Origin: Octopus bimaculoides
Lineage: Eukaryota
Assembly: GCF_001194135.2 (NCBI RefSeq)
Contig: NC_068984.1
Coordinates: 18,103,235 to 18,167,234 of the forward strand
DNA length: 64,000 bases
Direction: 5' to 3'
The translations under genes were made by a program, and so were the position numbers. The notes beneath the pieces are model-generated. The model saw nothing but the letters and a program-made list of their open reading frames with translations, did not search any database and had not been told where the DNA came from. The first letter of the stretch is position 1. Every line of letters begins with the position of its first letter. This document shows, in pieces, positions 27,340-38,436 of the stretch.

Positions 27340-27349
27340 TACATATATG

Positions 27350-27580
27350 TGTGTGTGTGTGTGTGTGTCTTTGTGTCTGTGTTTGTCACCCACCACTGTT
27401 TGACAACCGGTGTTCATGTGTTCACATCCACGTAACTTAGCAGTTCAGCAAAAGGCAGCCATAGGCTTAAAAAACAAAATAAATACTAGAGGTTGATTCG
27501 TTCAACTAAAAATTCTTCAAGGTGGTGCCCCAGCATGGCTGCAGTCTAATGACTGAAACAAGTAAAAGGTTATAAAAAGA
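27350..27580 (+). mobile_element. SINE family A, 3' half
   Basis: gtgtctgtgtttgtcacccaccactgtttgacaaccgg...ccccagcatggctgcagtctaatgactgaaacaagtaaaag. Confidence 0.85.
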
Positions 27581-27789
27581 AAAAGGATTAAAAAATAAAT
27601 AAATAATGAAACCCAACTCCAAGAGTTACCTAGCTATACCTGGGAATTGTTTCAATGCATTAATGGCAGGTTCTGGCACACACTGCAAACTATTTGACTA
27701 ATGAAATAGGATATCTTTGTATTTTCACTGAAGCAAGAATTACCGCAAAATGTTTTTATTCACTTGTTCATTTCAAAGCTTCAGTAAAA

Positions 27790-27900
27790 TTTCCTGAAGA
27801 GGCCTTCAGAATTTCTAATTGTTGAAGTAGCAACATAAAGCTGACCATAGGAGAGCCTTGTATCTTTGTTAGAAACCAGCTTCTTCCTCAATCGAAGATT
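27790..27900 (-). mobile_element. Helitron PIF1-like helicase remnant
   Basis: Minus strand LSYGQLYVATSTIRNSEGL matches helicase motif VI FSHGQLYVALSRV. Confidence 0.6.
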
Positions 27901-27948
27901 ATTATAGTTAAAAAATAGAAGATAGATAGATAGATACATACATACATA

Positions 27949-28110
27949 CAGTTGCTATTTCTATATGTAGAAACTCTCTTGTTAGTTCATACATACATAC
28001 GACTAGGGTGTGACTTGATGGAGATTTAGTTGCTATTTCTATATGTAGAAACTCTCTTGTTGGTTCCTACATACATACATACATACATACATTGAAGGTT
28101 GTAGTTTGAT
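27949..28110 (+). repeat. Tandem duplication, ~80-bp period
   Basis: gttgctatttctatatgtagaaactctcttgtt(a/g)gttc(a/c)tacatacatac occurs twice. Confidence 0.85.
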
Positions 28111-28455
28111 GGAAATTTGGGTTACTGTTGAGATATTATGTACAGGTACCATCATCAATTCATACATCTATACATACATAATATTGATTGATTTCAGAAG
28201 TGAAAGCAAATAGGAAAAAATGGTGAGATAGTTGGAAGAAGAAATATTAAAATTCTTTAACTGAGCTACAGATATATAATATATATAAGATTGAATTTAG
28301 CCTCTTTGCTGCTATATATATGTAATTAAATGTCACACAAACCTTCTGTGTAAAGTGATTTATAATAGATGTGGTTTTGTGAGTATTCATCCTGTACTTG
28401 AATAAGATAAATCAGATTTTCACACACACACACATATGCATGCACACACACACCC

Positions 28456-28511
<56 letters not shown>

Positions 28512-28799
28512 CAACTATTAAAATTAATCTTTGTAAATTTTAATAAGCTAGCTTGGGATAAGATAAGCAGATATTAAGCTTAGCAATGAAGCAAGAAGTT
28601 GCGATATTAGAGAAACTCAATTGAATGGAAAACTAATATAAGCATTTAATTCTTGATATTAATAATATATTATTAAAATTTGTTGAAAACAATTAATATG
28701 ACATATGAGTAGAGATAAGGTTATAGAACATTAACAGAAAGTAAATAATTTAAAACAAACATTTATTTCTCCTCATCAATGTTATTCTCCATCAATCAC

Positions 28800-29100
28800 A
28801 TTCCTTCTGCGTTGAATACTTTGTAAATTACTATATGGTTCTTTCGTTTAAAACTAAAAGTTCAGTAACAATAGACATTGTATTGTGTTCTCTGCTTCCC
28901 CTTTAACTTCTAAGTGGTTGCTCTAATATGCTGCCTGGTTTAACATCATTACCTGGTCTTTGTGTGATTTTAGCAAAGTTACACGCTGTTGATCAGGTCT
29001 TCAGTTCTTGTAGACATTGTTCTGCAGAAGTTTAAAACGAACATCCGTCATACCAAACTCACCAGATGAGGAGTACTCACAAATGTCATTGACTCTATCC
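28800..29100 (-). mobile_element. Possible Tc1/mariner transposase 3' fossil
   Basis: Minus strand QCLQELKT..ACNFAKIT..MLNQAA..KGKQRT resembles the post-catalytic C-terminus of Tc1/mariner enzymes. Confidence 0.35.
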
Positions 29101-29162
29101 CTCTTCCCCTCACAACCTAATATAAATTATCCTGCCTCTTTTTTTTTCTCTATCTCTTATTC

Positions 29163-29455
29163 TGTGAAGGTGACTTAGTAGTTAGGATGTTGCATTCATG
29201 ATTGCTAGATCATGGGTTCAATTTCCAGACCATGCAGTGCATTGTGTTCTTGAGCAAAACACTTCATTCCCTGTTGCTCCAGTCTACACAGCTGTAAATG
29301 GGTCACCATGCAATGGAATAGTCTTCGATCAGTGGGGATGTTGACCTGTTCACCTACCCAGTGAAGTGGCATCATTCAAAGGCTAAAACAATGTAAAGCA
29401 CATTGAGACCAGTGACGTATAACAACATCCGATAGTCTGGTCAATATCATGATTC
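29163..29455 (+). mobile_element. SINE family C
   Basis: ttagtagttagg...gggttcaatttccagacc...gtgttcttgagcaaaacacttcatt...ccagtctacacagctgtaaatggg. Confidence 0.75.
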
Positions 29456-29477
29456 CATGATTTCTTATAGTGATGCG

Positions 29478-29746
29478 TGGTCATTGTTCGTGCTACCTGA
29501 CTAGCTCCTATGCCAGTGGCACATAAAAAGCACCATTCGAGTGTAGTCAATGCCAGTGGCATGTAAAAAGCACCCATTACACTCTCAGAGTGGTTGGCGT
29601 TAGGAAGGGCATCCAGCTGTAGAAACATTGTCAGATCAGATTGGAGCATGGTGCAGCCTTCTAGTTTGCCAGTCCTCAGTCAAACTGACCAACCCATGCC
29701 AACATGGAAAGCGGATGTTAAACGATGATGATGATGATGATGATGA
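29478..29746 (+). mobile_element. Family B retroposon
   Basis: Family B core and tail ggaaagcggatgttaaacgatgatgatg. Confidence 0.9.
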
Positions 29747-30129
29747 TTTATTCTACTGTTGACTTTGTTCTGATCCAAAAGACCTTTGGTTGTAGATATG
29801 ATAGTACATAAGGACAGTTGAAAACTACTGAGTATTGCATATAAAAATGACTGTTGTCACTGGTGATTTAGTATACTATGAGATTTGTTCATACTTAGTG
29901 TATGTTGTGTTCGTCGCTAACCAAAGGTGAAGTACCTCTTGCCTAAGGGTGAAATTTCATTTGCACTAAAATTAAACATTGCCTTCAGACCAACATGCTA
30001 AAATTCCATATGAAAATAATTTCTTTAATCCTTAATCCCCAAACAATAGTTTAATACTTTATTTACATGCTTAGAAATTTGTGAAATTAAAATTTCATTA
30101 TTTTTCTCATCATGGATGTGTCTCTGCAG

Positions 30130-30152
30130 GTCGTCACCCTTTGACTAAATAA
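30130..30152 (+). CDS. Candidate terminal coding exon, (G)RHPLTK*
   Basis: gtgtctctgcag|GT CGT CAC CCT TTG ACT AAA TAA, followed by ~3 kb almost free of recognisable repeats, as a 3' UTR would be. No homology recognised. Confidence 0.3.
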
Positions 30153-33100
30153 ATTCTGATCAATATGTTTGGTATTTCCCTTTTGTAATATTTAGTGTGG
30201 TTACAGATTAATTAGATATTGTCTTACAGCATTCAAATGTTCTGTAAGTGATATGGTGTTGTTTTCTAAGTTAGCATGATTGTTTCTTCAACTTTCTTAT
30301 CCTAAGTGATAGATATTAGAAATTCAAGAAAATGAAATGTTTTCTTTGCTTTTGTTGTTAATACATGTGACTGTTATTTGTAGCTTTTACTAAAATGTGA
30401 GCTCTCAAATTATTTGGTGTTTGACAGCAAGATATTAGACTATAATGGCAAGTATGAGATATTTTCAGTATGGTTAAGTATCTGGTTTGTAAAGTTTGGA
30501 TAATCATTTCAGTTTATTGAGGTGTAAGTTATCTGTTATGCATCAGTCCTAAATTGTATATAACTTTGGTTTTATGTTGTTTGAGTCTGTGCCAGGATAT
30601 AAAAACTAGAGATACTGGGGTTTTTTTTTCTTTTTCTTTTATCTTTATTTTGTGTTTTTTTTTCTTTTTGTGAAGACTAGTACAAGAAATAAACTCTGCA
30701 AAGATCAATAAAAACAGTTGACTGTTATTTTTCAAAGACCTATCACCCAACCAAAGACTATATTTTGGTTAGAAGAAAATTATATTTCTTGACATAGCAA
30801 TATAGTCTAACCGTATTGACCTAAAGCAAATGAAATATTGTTTTGTGGTGTCACCCATTAAATATCATTAGGAAGGGGAAGTGATGAGGTTTCATCACAA
30901 GAAGTCACAAGTTGTTTTGTTGCTTAACATTCTCTACTTCTATGCTTTGTTGTTCTGACTTCCAGTCAACATTATTCCTAATTCTGTTATGGCTGTTGCA
31001 GTCAATTATAATTATTCCTTTGCTAAACTGTCTTCTTTCTTAGTCAAAATAAATGTAATTTTACTGTTGATGTTCTGCACACAACCTAATAAGTGTTTCT
31101 TCCCATACATACTTTTCCTTAGTATTTATTAATTCCACATACTTATAGGAAATGGATTGACTGGAGATATAAGAAAATTATTCATGAAAGGTAGTCAGAA
31201 TTGATTTTGCAAAAGGATGTAATTATGGGAAATCAATTAGGATAAAATATAGAAAATTAAATTTCACATTTAAAGCTCTATTTTGATTGCATTTAATGAA
31301 GTTATTTTATATCCTCCAAGACAGTTTATAAAATTACAGTTGCAAATAAAGAAATAATTTTGTTACTTAAAATCAAAGATAATTTGTTGAAAATTTATTC
31401 AGTCTTTTACATTTTTCATTTTGGCCCCACAAATCTTAATTGAAAACTTGCTATCTTCCTTTTATCCATTTCATATATTTTATACTTATAATTCATTCTC
31501 ATATGTAGGTAGTAAATCCATATTCCATTCATATCCTCCCCTAAGTCTCATATATAAAATACTGATTATTTTAGAGCAAACAGTTCTTTCTCAATATGTT
31601 CCAATTAATTGTGTTAGGCTGGATTTTGGTCCTTAAAGATGATTTTTAATGATAGTAAGTATTCAAATTTTGATATAGACTATCCAAAATACTTCAGTAC
31701 TTGTGTAACTTTAAAAAGCATTTAGATTCTAAATGTGATTTTGCAAATTTATTTATAGTTGCAATATAATGTTCTCATGTTATTTATGTTTTCAATGAAA
31801 AAAACCATTGGTACAATGTAAGAGAAAATATATCTACATTTTTGTATGTTAACATTTTTGTATGAATCAATCTACCTCTTAGGAATTATAGTTGAATTAG
31901 AAGTTGTATAAAAGCTATTCAGGTGAATTAGTTGTGAGCTTCTATTCTATCTATAGCACCATAGCATGGCAAGTATGAATAGAGAAAATAACTAGGTAAT
32001 AGTGTGCTAAATTTACTAGAAATTGAAGGTGTGATACCATCTCACTTGAGAATAGTTAGGTTTATTTATGACAAAATAAGTATTTTGTATTAACAACCAT
32101 TTGAAAATTTATTGTATTTCATCATCATCATTGTTTGGTGCTGCAAATATCTCTTTACAAAAGCGTTTCCTTAAGTTAGTAGCAAGTCTTTGTCTAAGCT
32201 AACAACATATATCAATAATACTTCATATAAAATAGCTCTAGCCAGGAGGAAAGCTGCCTATGCACAGATGGTCGTACAGAAGCTCTCGTTCTAGTTCCAT
32301 CATCTTTAATTTTTAGTGTAAATATTGTATTTTGATTTTATTACCTGCTAAAGTAGTTTCTTTTGTTTTTGCCAGTCACATAGTTTTCTCAGTTGGAGGT
32401 GATCCAAAATGCTTTACAGCAGCTCCATAACCATTTTCCTTAGCAAATTGTGTTACTTGTAATTTAGAAGAAGCAATGGTATAAAGCATGCCTTCTCTGT
32501 GACTTCATTACATTGGGATCGTGTCAGTTTGCAAATTTTAAACTTGAACGACAGACCATTCAACCAGCAATACATTGTTTGCGTCTGTCAATTAGATAAA
32601 TACCGCTCTGTGAGTTAAACACTTTTATGAAGAAGATCTATCTTAACACTGTTCAACCAAAAATTAGTAATTTGATTCTATCAATCCAACAAACATTGTA
32701 CTGCAAAGTTAAAGTTTATGAAGTTATCTTCCTTCAATGATTTATAGCTTCAATGAAGTGGGATAGGTGGCAGATGCCAAGTTTGGTCTACAACCAATTT
32801 GACATCCTGCACCTGTCCTACTGAATTTCATTAGTTTGATCAACAAAGCAATACACATGCCAGTCGCTTTTCTTCTCCTTACCTCCTTTTCTTTCTTTTT
32901 CCTCCTTTTTTTGTCACCATGCTTTTCAAATATATTTAATCTATATAACAAACTAAATTTCTAAGAATTTAACAACAGAGAAGTGTTCTAATATACCTTA
33001 TATTTTATGTGGGGCCAAAATAAAAAATGTAAAGGACTGAAAGAGGAAGGTAAAAATAAAATCAAGGAAATAAAAAGAAAAGGAAAAGGTGCGATGATGA

Positions 33101-33329
33101 TAAAAATATATTCATGTGGTAAACAAGGTGAAAAGGTAATGCTTATTTATTCATATTGTTTTGAATTAATCATGCATTATCCCACAGCTTCAAGATTTCT
33201 ATGATGTGATTCTTTATTTTAGTATGATATTATAGGATAGATGTGAGAAGTTAGATTTGGACTCATTTGAGCTTAAAACAAGAAGACTGTGGTCAGTTTA
33301 AATGCCAAAGAGTTAAGTTTACATAATAC

Positions 33330-33525
33330 TGTTTCAAATTTTGGCACAAAGCCAGTAGTTTTAGGTGATGGAACAAATCGATTACTTCAACCCCAGTGTT
33401 TAACTGGTTCTTATTTTATCAAGCCTGAAATAATGAAAAGCAGTGTTGACCTTGGCAGGATTAGAACTCAGAATATAAAGAACTGGAGGAAATTCTGTTA
33501 AGATTTTTTGCCTGAAGAATTTATG
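33330..33525 (-). mobile_element. SINE family F
   Basis: Homologous to 12980-13175. Confidence 0.75.
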
Positions 33526-34306
33526 ATTTTGACATCTCAACTGCTTTGTTAGTTATACACAGCACAAAAGTATATTAATTACATTCCGAGATATGACTAA
33601 TGACTGATTGATGGCCCTGTGTCATAAGGCTAAAGTCAGTCTACATAAATATAAGTCCATGTAGTCCTAAGCTAAATACTAAAGAGGAAAAGGAAATTAA
33701 AAAAAGCCTGAGTTATATCATTGCTGGTCATTCACAAACATAACCAAAATGCTGTGGAATTGTGTCAGTAAGCAGGTCATATTTGTGTAATGAAAATTTT
33801 GACAACTTATGAAAAATATGTTTTTTTAATGAATTCAAGTTTTGTGTGCTATTAAATGGTTAGAAAAATATGTAATCTTCAGATTCACTAAGAGCATAAA
33901 TAATTTTGGGCATGAAGTATAACATGTTGAAGACTCTGAACTGCATGTGTCAGCTTCTGAATATGTAAACAATGTCAAATAGCAGTGATGTCCAGAATAA
34001 TAAGTGTAAATTTTTGAAGTATTTCTCTTTTAAACAGAAGCTACAGCCAGTCAGTTGTTTTCATGAACCAACATTCATCAGCTGTTTACAAGCACTGTCT
34101 CTATGAACAAAAGTGATTGTATACCCAGAAAGGAACTCAGTCACCTATGAAACCTCTACACAGGCTTAAAACTAGTGTAGCTGATTGGCCTTCTTCTACT
34201 CATGAAGATATTTTATGTATAGACATGGTTTTTACATGTTGTGTGTATCATCATCATCATCGTTTAACGTCCGCTATATATATATAGATAGATAGATAGA
34301 TATAGA

Positions 34307-34572
34307 TATATAATTTAGAGAGAAAAACCACAATTGAACTCATCCATAAAAATCCACAATCACATATAGAAAAATTTAATGAGTAAATACACTAAAAAGA
34401 CTTATAATAAACATAAAAAAGTACAAAGTAATAAATATTAAAATATTTATTATTTTGTACTTTTTTGGTTTTTATTATAGGTCTTTTTAGTGTATTTACT
34501 TATTAAATTTTTCTATGACTGGTTTTTCATGGATGAGTTCAATAATTGTGGTTTTTTTCTCTAAATTATATA
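34307..34572. repeat. AT-rich palindrome with ~130-bp arms (fold-back element)
   Basis: taatttagagagaaaaaccacaattgaactcatccat...gtacaaagtaataaatatt|aa|aatatttattattttgtac...atggatgagttcaataattgtggtttttttctctaaatta. Confidence 0.9.
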
Positions 34573-34674
34573 TTTATATATTATGTATTGTGAAATTTAA
34601 TTTAATTTTAATTTTGATAAATTAAATTGAATTTTTCCCTGTAAATTTGGATTGTTATCCCTAATATTATTATC

Positions 34675-34711
<37 letters not shown>

Positions 34712-34849
34712 AGAGAGAGAGAGAACATTGGCTAAAGATCTATTAATAGATTCTGGTGTTCATTATAACTCAAACAAAACACTTAAGACTCCAGTAATTT
34801 GTAACAGAGGACAACTTGAAGTTTCCAGAAGACTATTTGTCAGGAGTCA

Positions 34850-35462
34850 TAAACCAGGCTTGTCACAGGACAAGATTCCAGACAAATGAAGGCTTCATGG
34901 GGTATAATAGTACTGTAAATTGAGCTATAGAAGCTAAAACGTTGCTAGAAGCTATATATCAGGTGTATGGAGTGATGAGTAAAGATGAAAGAGCTTTGCT
35001 AGTAGTGTTCTACAATGAAAGAATAAGATGTGTGAGGTGTTCTAAATCATGAAACAGTTTCAGTTCAAATAAAAAAGTAATAGTAGAAAAGCCTGTATGA
35101 AGTAATAGCAGCACAATTACCCTTACTGATGTTAAGAAGAAAGAAGCATGGAAATATCAGAAGAGGTTGTTGAAAGAGAACACATGGAAGAAAGGTCTAC
35201 TGCAAGTAGTCTCAATAGAGGAACCAGCTATTAAAGTTGATTCAGATGTAGCATGCAAGAGAGAATACTGTTTTGGGACAGTCATGTGTTACATACAGAG
35301 GGTGTTTGTTGGGTGTAGAAGTACCACATGGTCGAAGTAGATGGATCATATGAAAAGGGAAGAAATAGTAAAAGTTGGTCTGAGGAAACTGAACCTTGCA
35401 AGATTGTAACAATGGCAAGACACTGCCCTAAAGATGACCAGTGCAAACATAGAAAAGTGTAT
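34850..35462 (+). mobile_element. RTE-clade LINE 3' fragment
   Basis: MQERILFWDSHVLH...VEVDGS...EIVKVGL matches the RTE C-terminus (VQERRLRWYGHV...V.G...). Ends gaccagtgcaaacatagaaaagtgtattcaaaataatggtgat. Confidence 0.55.
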
Positions 35463-35617
35463 TCAAAATAATGGTGATTTATACATTAGTGTCATAGTTA
35501 CTATATTTAAAAGTAAATCATTTTACACTTGGTACTGTACTGATCAACACATTGACTCTTGATTGTTTTGTGGATTTAATTGAAAACAGGGACTAGCAGA
35601 ATAGAATAAAATTATTC

Positions 35618-36062
35618 CATCATCATCATTTAACGTCCGCTTTCCATGCTAGCATGGGTTGGACGAATTGACTGGGGACTGGCGAACCAGATGACTACAC
35701 CAGACTTCAATCTGATCTGGCAAAGTTTCTACAGCTGGATGCCCTTCCTAACTCCAACCTCTCCGAGAGTGTAATAGATGCTTTTTACGTGCCACCAGCA
35801 CGAGGTCCAGTCCGGCGGTACTGGCAATAGCCACGCTCAATGGTGTTTTTTTTACGTGCCACCTGCACAGGAGTCAGTCCAATGTTTTGTTCACATGCCA
35901 CCGGCACAAGTGCCAATAAGGTGAAGCTGGAAACGATTGCACTCAAATGGTGCATTTTACGTGCCACCGGTATGGGAGCAAAACCGCTGCTCTGGCAGTG
36001 ATCCCGCTTGGATGGTGCTGTTAGCGTTCCTCTGGCACGGGTGCCAGTCATCGAATTTGGTT
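35618..36062 (-). mobile_element. Family B retroposon with internal tandem units
   Basis: (CAT)n tail, family B core, and four copies of (ttt)acgtgccacc(g/a/t)gca-like units. Confidence 0.9.
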
Positions 36063-36491
36063 CAAAGACCTAATTGCTTTGGTTGAACTCAGGGACACTT
36101 TGAATAGAAGTGGGGAATTTTGTTGAAGTACTACAAAATAAATTATCATATCTGAAGTTAATTTGGTTTAATTTATACTTCAAAACAAGTGAAGGTAGAA
36201 TTTTACTCCTGAACATCAAATTTAACTGGAAAGATGATTGAATTAATTAAAAATAACGTACACTACAGTTAAAGCAGTTTCTATATACAGGATTACATGG
36301 TTATCAATAACCAGGTATTAGAATGATGAAAAAGAAAAAAAAAAACATGTATCTTTGATATCAGAAATTCATAAAATATAATTGGATAATAATAATTATG
36401 TGAATTCATTATTAGTTTTTGTTATTTTTTTTGCAACCAGATCCTTGTTACTTCATAATTACACCAAACAATAAAATATAATGAATAATAT

Positions 36492-36529
<38 letters not shown>

Positions 36530-37588
36530 TTTATTTTTTATAACATAAATTGTTTAAATTTCGTGTGTATGTGTGTGTTGTTATGGGGAGGAATTAAAAA
36601 ATTAGAATCTGCAATAAGTCAAATCGTATCCATTTTCTGTCTGAGTATGTAATATTAAAAATTCATTTTTCTAATTATATTAGAATTACAGCTATGTCTA
36701 AGTGAACAGAGATTTAGTATATCCATATGCAAAAGCTTATGGTAGTGTTGACTGGTGCTGCACTAATTAATTGCCTATTTTTAAAGCTAGTGACACTAAG
36801 TGGTAATTCAGTGTCAGTCATTCTCACTGAAGCTTCCGTTGTTGCTTCTTGGTATTCACTAAGTTAATGTGAATATTGATTTTTAACATCAGCTTGAATT
36901 CTTGATGTAGGCCATTTCATTTGTTAAAAAAGAGAGAGAATCATTGATTTTATCATAAATTTTATGCATCAGATTACATTGGTTGATCATTGTATTTACA
37001 AAATCTGTTTATTGTAAAGAGAGGCCCTAAATTTCTAATTGTTTTACCAAAATGGAAATCTAGTCATACAAAAACAAAATGAAATAAAGAAATAAAAATT
37101 TTAAAAAAATTGTATAATGCATTGAAGAGAAGCTGAGTGAACTAGCTAGTGTGTGCATAATGAAAATAAAACAGTTATTATTACATCCAAAATTTAACCC
37201 AGCCTGCTTATGTGGTGATGACTTTTAAGACTAGGTTGGGTATGGAATATCGAATCTTTTGTCATTGTAATTATGTCTCTTGCATCAAAATATTGAAAGC
37301 TTTTTTTTCTCCTTTTCTTTTCTTTTTTTTTTAATTTTCTTTTTTATAAAATTTTGTCAATATCCAAGAAGTCAATATTCAAGATGCAATGAAAGACTAA
37401 TGTTTTCTATATTAGATTTTCAATTCTTTGATGGTTAAATATCAGCTTAGATTTCCAAATAATGGTATAAAAGAACAATCTTATCTCAATGGTTAAATGG
37501 AAAATGTGGGTGTTTATACAAATGTGTGTGTGTGTGTGCATTGTGCCCTAAACCCCACCTCCCTTATGTATGTACATACAAACATACA

Positions 37589-37740
37589 TAGGCATGGCTG
37601 TGTGGTTAAGAAGTTTGTTTTGCAACCATATGTTTTCAGGTTCAATTCCACTGCACAACACGTTGGGTGTCTTCTATAGCTCAGGCCAACCGATGCCTTG
37701 TAAATGAATTTGGCAGGCAGAAATTGTGTAGAACCGCATA
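37589..37740 (+). mobile_element. SINE family A, 5' half
   Basis: aggcatggctgtgtggttaagaag...ggttcaattccactgc. Confidence 0.8.
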
Positions 37741-37769
37741 CATACATGCATACATACATACATATATAC

Positions 37770-38197
37770 AAGAGGGATGACCACTAAGTGGACATCCATT
37801 TTGCTAGAAGAAGACCACCTACGGTCTGGTCTGACCACTAGGAATAGATTGTTCTCAAGAAAATTCCGTAAACACCAGAATGTAAGCGAGCAAGACAAAT
37901 GAAAAGATACAAAATATAAGGAATTAATCGTGCGGACGTCTCGTGTATAGTTCTGCAAATTATATTCCAAAGGATGATCATGCTGAAGAGTTGCAGACAA
38001 TTACATAAGTAATTACATAAGTCAACAACGAAACCGGTCTATGATTAATTCTCTATATTTTGTATCTTTTCATTTGTCTTACTCACTTACATTCTGGTGT
38101 TTGCTGAATTTTCTTGAGAACAATCTTTTCTTAGTGGTCAGACCGTAGGTGGTCTTCTTCTAGCAAAAGGGATGTCCACTTAGTGGTCATTCCTCTT
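37770..38197. mobile_element. Fold-back element: ~160-bp inverted arms around a hammerhead-containing spacer (Penelope/retrozyme-like)
   Basis: Left arm 37770-37929 (aagagggatgaccactaagtggacatcc...gaattaatc) is the reverse complement of right arm 38043-38197 (gattaattc...ggatgtccacttagtggtcattcctctt). Flanked by TA-rich microsatellite. Confidence 0.9.
37976..38046 (+). ncRNA. Minimal Type I hammerhead ribozyme, intact core
   Basis: Stem I GATCATG (37976-82) / TATGATT (38040-46); core CTGAAGA (37983-89); stem II GTTG (37990-93) / CAAC (38026-29); GAAA (38030-33); palindromic stem III ACCGGT (38033-38); GUC cleavage after C38039. Confidence 0.85.
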
Positions 38198-38387
38198 ATA
38201 TGTATGTAATATAATTTTTCTGAATCTTCAGATTTTTCAATTTGCTAGGCCACTAGTTTTAAATTGATATTAATCAAATTAATGTTGAATTTTTCACCCT
38301 TATTATTTAAATTTATATATATATGTATAAAGAGAGAAAAGGATAAAGAGAACAATGGCAAAGTTAGAAATATATTTTATGGATAAA

Positions 38388-38436
38388 GTCTTACAGCTGT
38401 TTCAGGGAAAATCCAATGTATCCCTTCATCGGAGAC
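38388..38436 (-). ncRNA. Minimal Type I hammerhead ribozyme with U4C core variant
   Basis: Minus strand 5'-GTCT CCGATGA AGGGA TACATTGGATTT TCCCT GAA ACAGCTGT A AGAC-3': stem I GTCT/AGAC, stem II AGGGA/TCCCT, palindromic stem III, GUA cleavage triplet. Confidence 0.75.

Noticed and set aside
34040-34085. Minus-strand CTGATGA-atgttggttcat-GAAA hammerhead-like motif
   Set aside because: Stem III does not pair and position 17 would be G, so there is no valid NUH cleavage site.
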